NCBI GenBank assembly: GCA_963737905.1
Contig: CAVTUQ010000012.1
Location: 32,001 to 96,000 of the forward strand
DNA length: 64,000 bases
Direction: 5' to 3'
Origin: an uncultured delta proteobacterium
Lineage (GTDB): Bacteria > Desulfobacterota > Binatia > UBA9968
The translations under genes were made by a program, and so were the position numbers. The notes below the pieces were generated by a model. That model did no database searches. It saw only the letters and a program-made list of their open reading frames with translations, and was not told where the DNA came from. How positions within the stretch are numbered: position 1 is the first letter of the stretch; the number at the start of each line of letters is the position of its first letter. Below, piece by piece: positions 62,006 to 64,000 of this stretch.

Positions 62006-63085
62006 TCAGGTGTCCAGCGATTCTTCCCACTCAGCACCCATCACCCAAGCAAGCGCTGATAACTTGCCGTTCAGCAGGCCCCACTCGAAGTCATCCCACC
62101 CAAGATTTCGCCTACCGTATTTCCGCTCAATACGCCGAGCTGCTCTCTTGGCTTTTTCCAAGATGGGCTTCTGCTCCTCGGTCAAGGACTCTTCCCCGGT
62201 CTTTATCCTGTAGAGCCAATTTTGGTGGCGGTTCCACCACACCTTGTCCCAGAACTCGCTTTGAGCCGCGAGGATCGCCTTGTCGTTGCGCCGAAGCATC
62301 ATCGGCCACTCTTTCCCGGGATGGTCCTCGTCGGGTATCCACTCTACCTTGTCACCTTCCTTCGTGTACCCAATTCTGTAGCCGTTCGGCCCGACCTCAC
62401 CCGGCCGCACCGGGATCTGTGGCCCCGGCACTCGAACGCGGTCTCCGTCCCAAAACCTCGTCGCGGTACTTCCGGTATTCCTCCGGCGTGATCTTGTGCC
62501 GCCGATGCAGCCGAATCAGATCGGTGATCTTGAATGCTTGGTCCAGTTTGCCGCTTCGGTTGGATGGTCGTCTCGCATTAAGTTCCTGTACTCGGCGCAT
62601 CAAATCGCGGAGCAAGTGTTCGCCGCAGTTCATCGATTCCGCTGAAGCTGCCCGTGAGTGCCTTCTTATAAGTGGCGTCCTTGAAGCTCTTAAGCTTCCT
62701 GTGCTGCCTCAGGTCGATCTTGTTCGGGTCAATAGGGCGGCTAGAGAAATACAGCATCACGGGTTTCCCGGCAGCTACGAACTGGTCGACCTCCTCTACT
62801 GTGCCGGACTCAGCGACCCCAGTGCTGCTGCCGACCCTGGTCCAGAACATGCCCACCAAGATGTCGCTTCCTCGGACAATTTGGCGGTTGATAGCTTCTC
62901 TGCGGTCTGACGCCCGACTGCGGCATAGCGTGTGTTTCCCACTTGACTGGCAACAAAACCACCGACTCGGCGACCGCGTGCAGGGCATTCCAGTCGTTGA
63001 CGGTTTCCGATGCTGCTTGCCGCTCTTCTGCTAAGTCGGACGGTGAGGCGATCAGTACACGGTACGTTTCTGACTTAAACGACAT
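62006..63085 (-). CDS. DUF4062 domain fused to an uncharacterised Trp-rich C-terminal domain (three frameshifts)
   Basis: [38 protein letters not shown]; C-terminus [19 protein letters not shown]. Confidence 0.7.
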
Positions 63086-63289
63086 CGGAGTTGTTCTCAG
63101 GTGCAGTCATCTCACAACTCGGTCATTTGTAATATGACCCACCACACCTGGGTGACCTTAGAAAAGGACTTCACTAAGTCATAGACGACACAAACTCCCC
63201 CTGGTTGGGCGATCTTGCATGACATTGAGTTTACCCGGTCGCTATGGTATCTCCGGTGCAATCGAATTCTTCCGACTAAATCCCGTTTT

Positions 63290-64000
63290 ATGATTCAAGG
63301 AATAAGCAAAGTCGGCGTGGTCGGACTCGGCGTCATGGGCTTCGATATTGCCTTTCTGTACGCCATGCAGGCTGCCAAACGTTCGTGTACGATGCCGCGA
63401 AAGCGGCCATGGATTCTGTGTCTGGACGCAGCGAGCAGACCATCGAACGGCTCAAGAGAAGGAACCGGATTTCCGATAGTGAAATAGAGAACGTCCGCAG
63501 CGGCCTCATCGCTGCGGTTCGATTGGAAGAGCTGGCAAGAATGGATCTGGTGACGGAGGCGGTTTCGGAAAGCGCAAAGACGAAGCTGGCGGTCTATCAG
63601 GCTCTACGACAGGCTGGGTTTGCAGGCATCCTCACGACCAATACGTCATCCCTGTCGCGCGCGACACTGCTAGCCGGCGTTCCCGACCGATCAAAATTCG
63701 CTCTCACTCACTTTTTCAACCCGGTCCTCTATACGCAGATGGTGGAGATCGTGAAAGGGGACATGGAAGCAAAGGGCTTCGAGAACGTCGTTGCGTTTCT
63801 CAAGGGCTTACGACGCGAACCCGTCGAAACCAAAGATATATCGGGCTTCGTTTCCAACAGCATTCTCATGTACTACGCCGTCATGGCGCTTCAGTTGCTT
63901 CAATGCGGAGCGCGCATCGAAGACGTCGATCAGACGGCAAAAGAGCTGCGGCTACTTCCCCCGTTTATCAGCTTTGACAGTTGGAAGCCTTCCATTGTCG
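63290..64000 (+). CDS. 3-hydroxyacyl-CoA dehydrogenase (partial; frameshift ~63370)
   Basis: GVVGLGVMG, EAVSE, TNTSSL, HFFNP, GFVSN. Confidence 0.88.

Overview
Bacterial chromosomal window. The gene content (several orphan SsuA/THI5-type binding proteins, amidohydrolases, periodic intergenic palindromes) suggests Candidatus Binatia or a related delta-proteobacterial lineage; this is inference only. Many genes carry single-base indels that look like long-read errors. In order: citrate synthase; a DUF318 permease split by an IS5/ISNCY-like element (16-bp TIRs, 8-bp target duplication); a ~9.5-kb electron-transfer locus (two cupredoxins, LuxR-HTH, decaheme MtrA/MtoA, MtrB porin, membrane-anchored nonaheme cytochrome, Rieske protein, cytochrome b with PEWY, ~10-heme NapC-like cytochrome, monoheme cytochrome c); a stress/dormancy-like island with repeated sigma-54 promoter motifs and gene remnants; then mostly housekeeping and catabolic genes, a cytochrome c-beta-barrel fusion and a DUF4062 fusion gene. 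Two probable selenoprotein genes are absent from the ORF track: a UxxC glutaredoxin-like protein (33578-33811) and a 58-aa membrane peptide (15957-16133) whose stop overlaps the start of a TrmO-like gene. Both have SECIS-like hairpins with the loop G at +24 from the UGA. No rRNA, tRNA or CRISPR array was seen.
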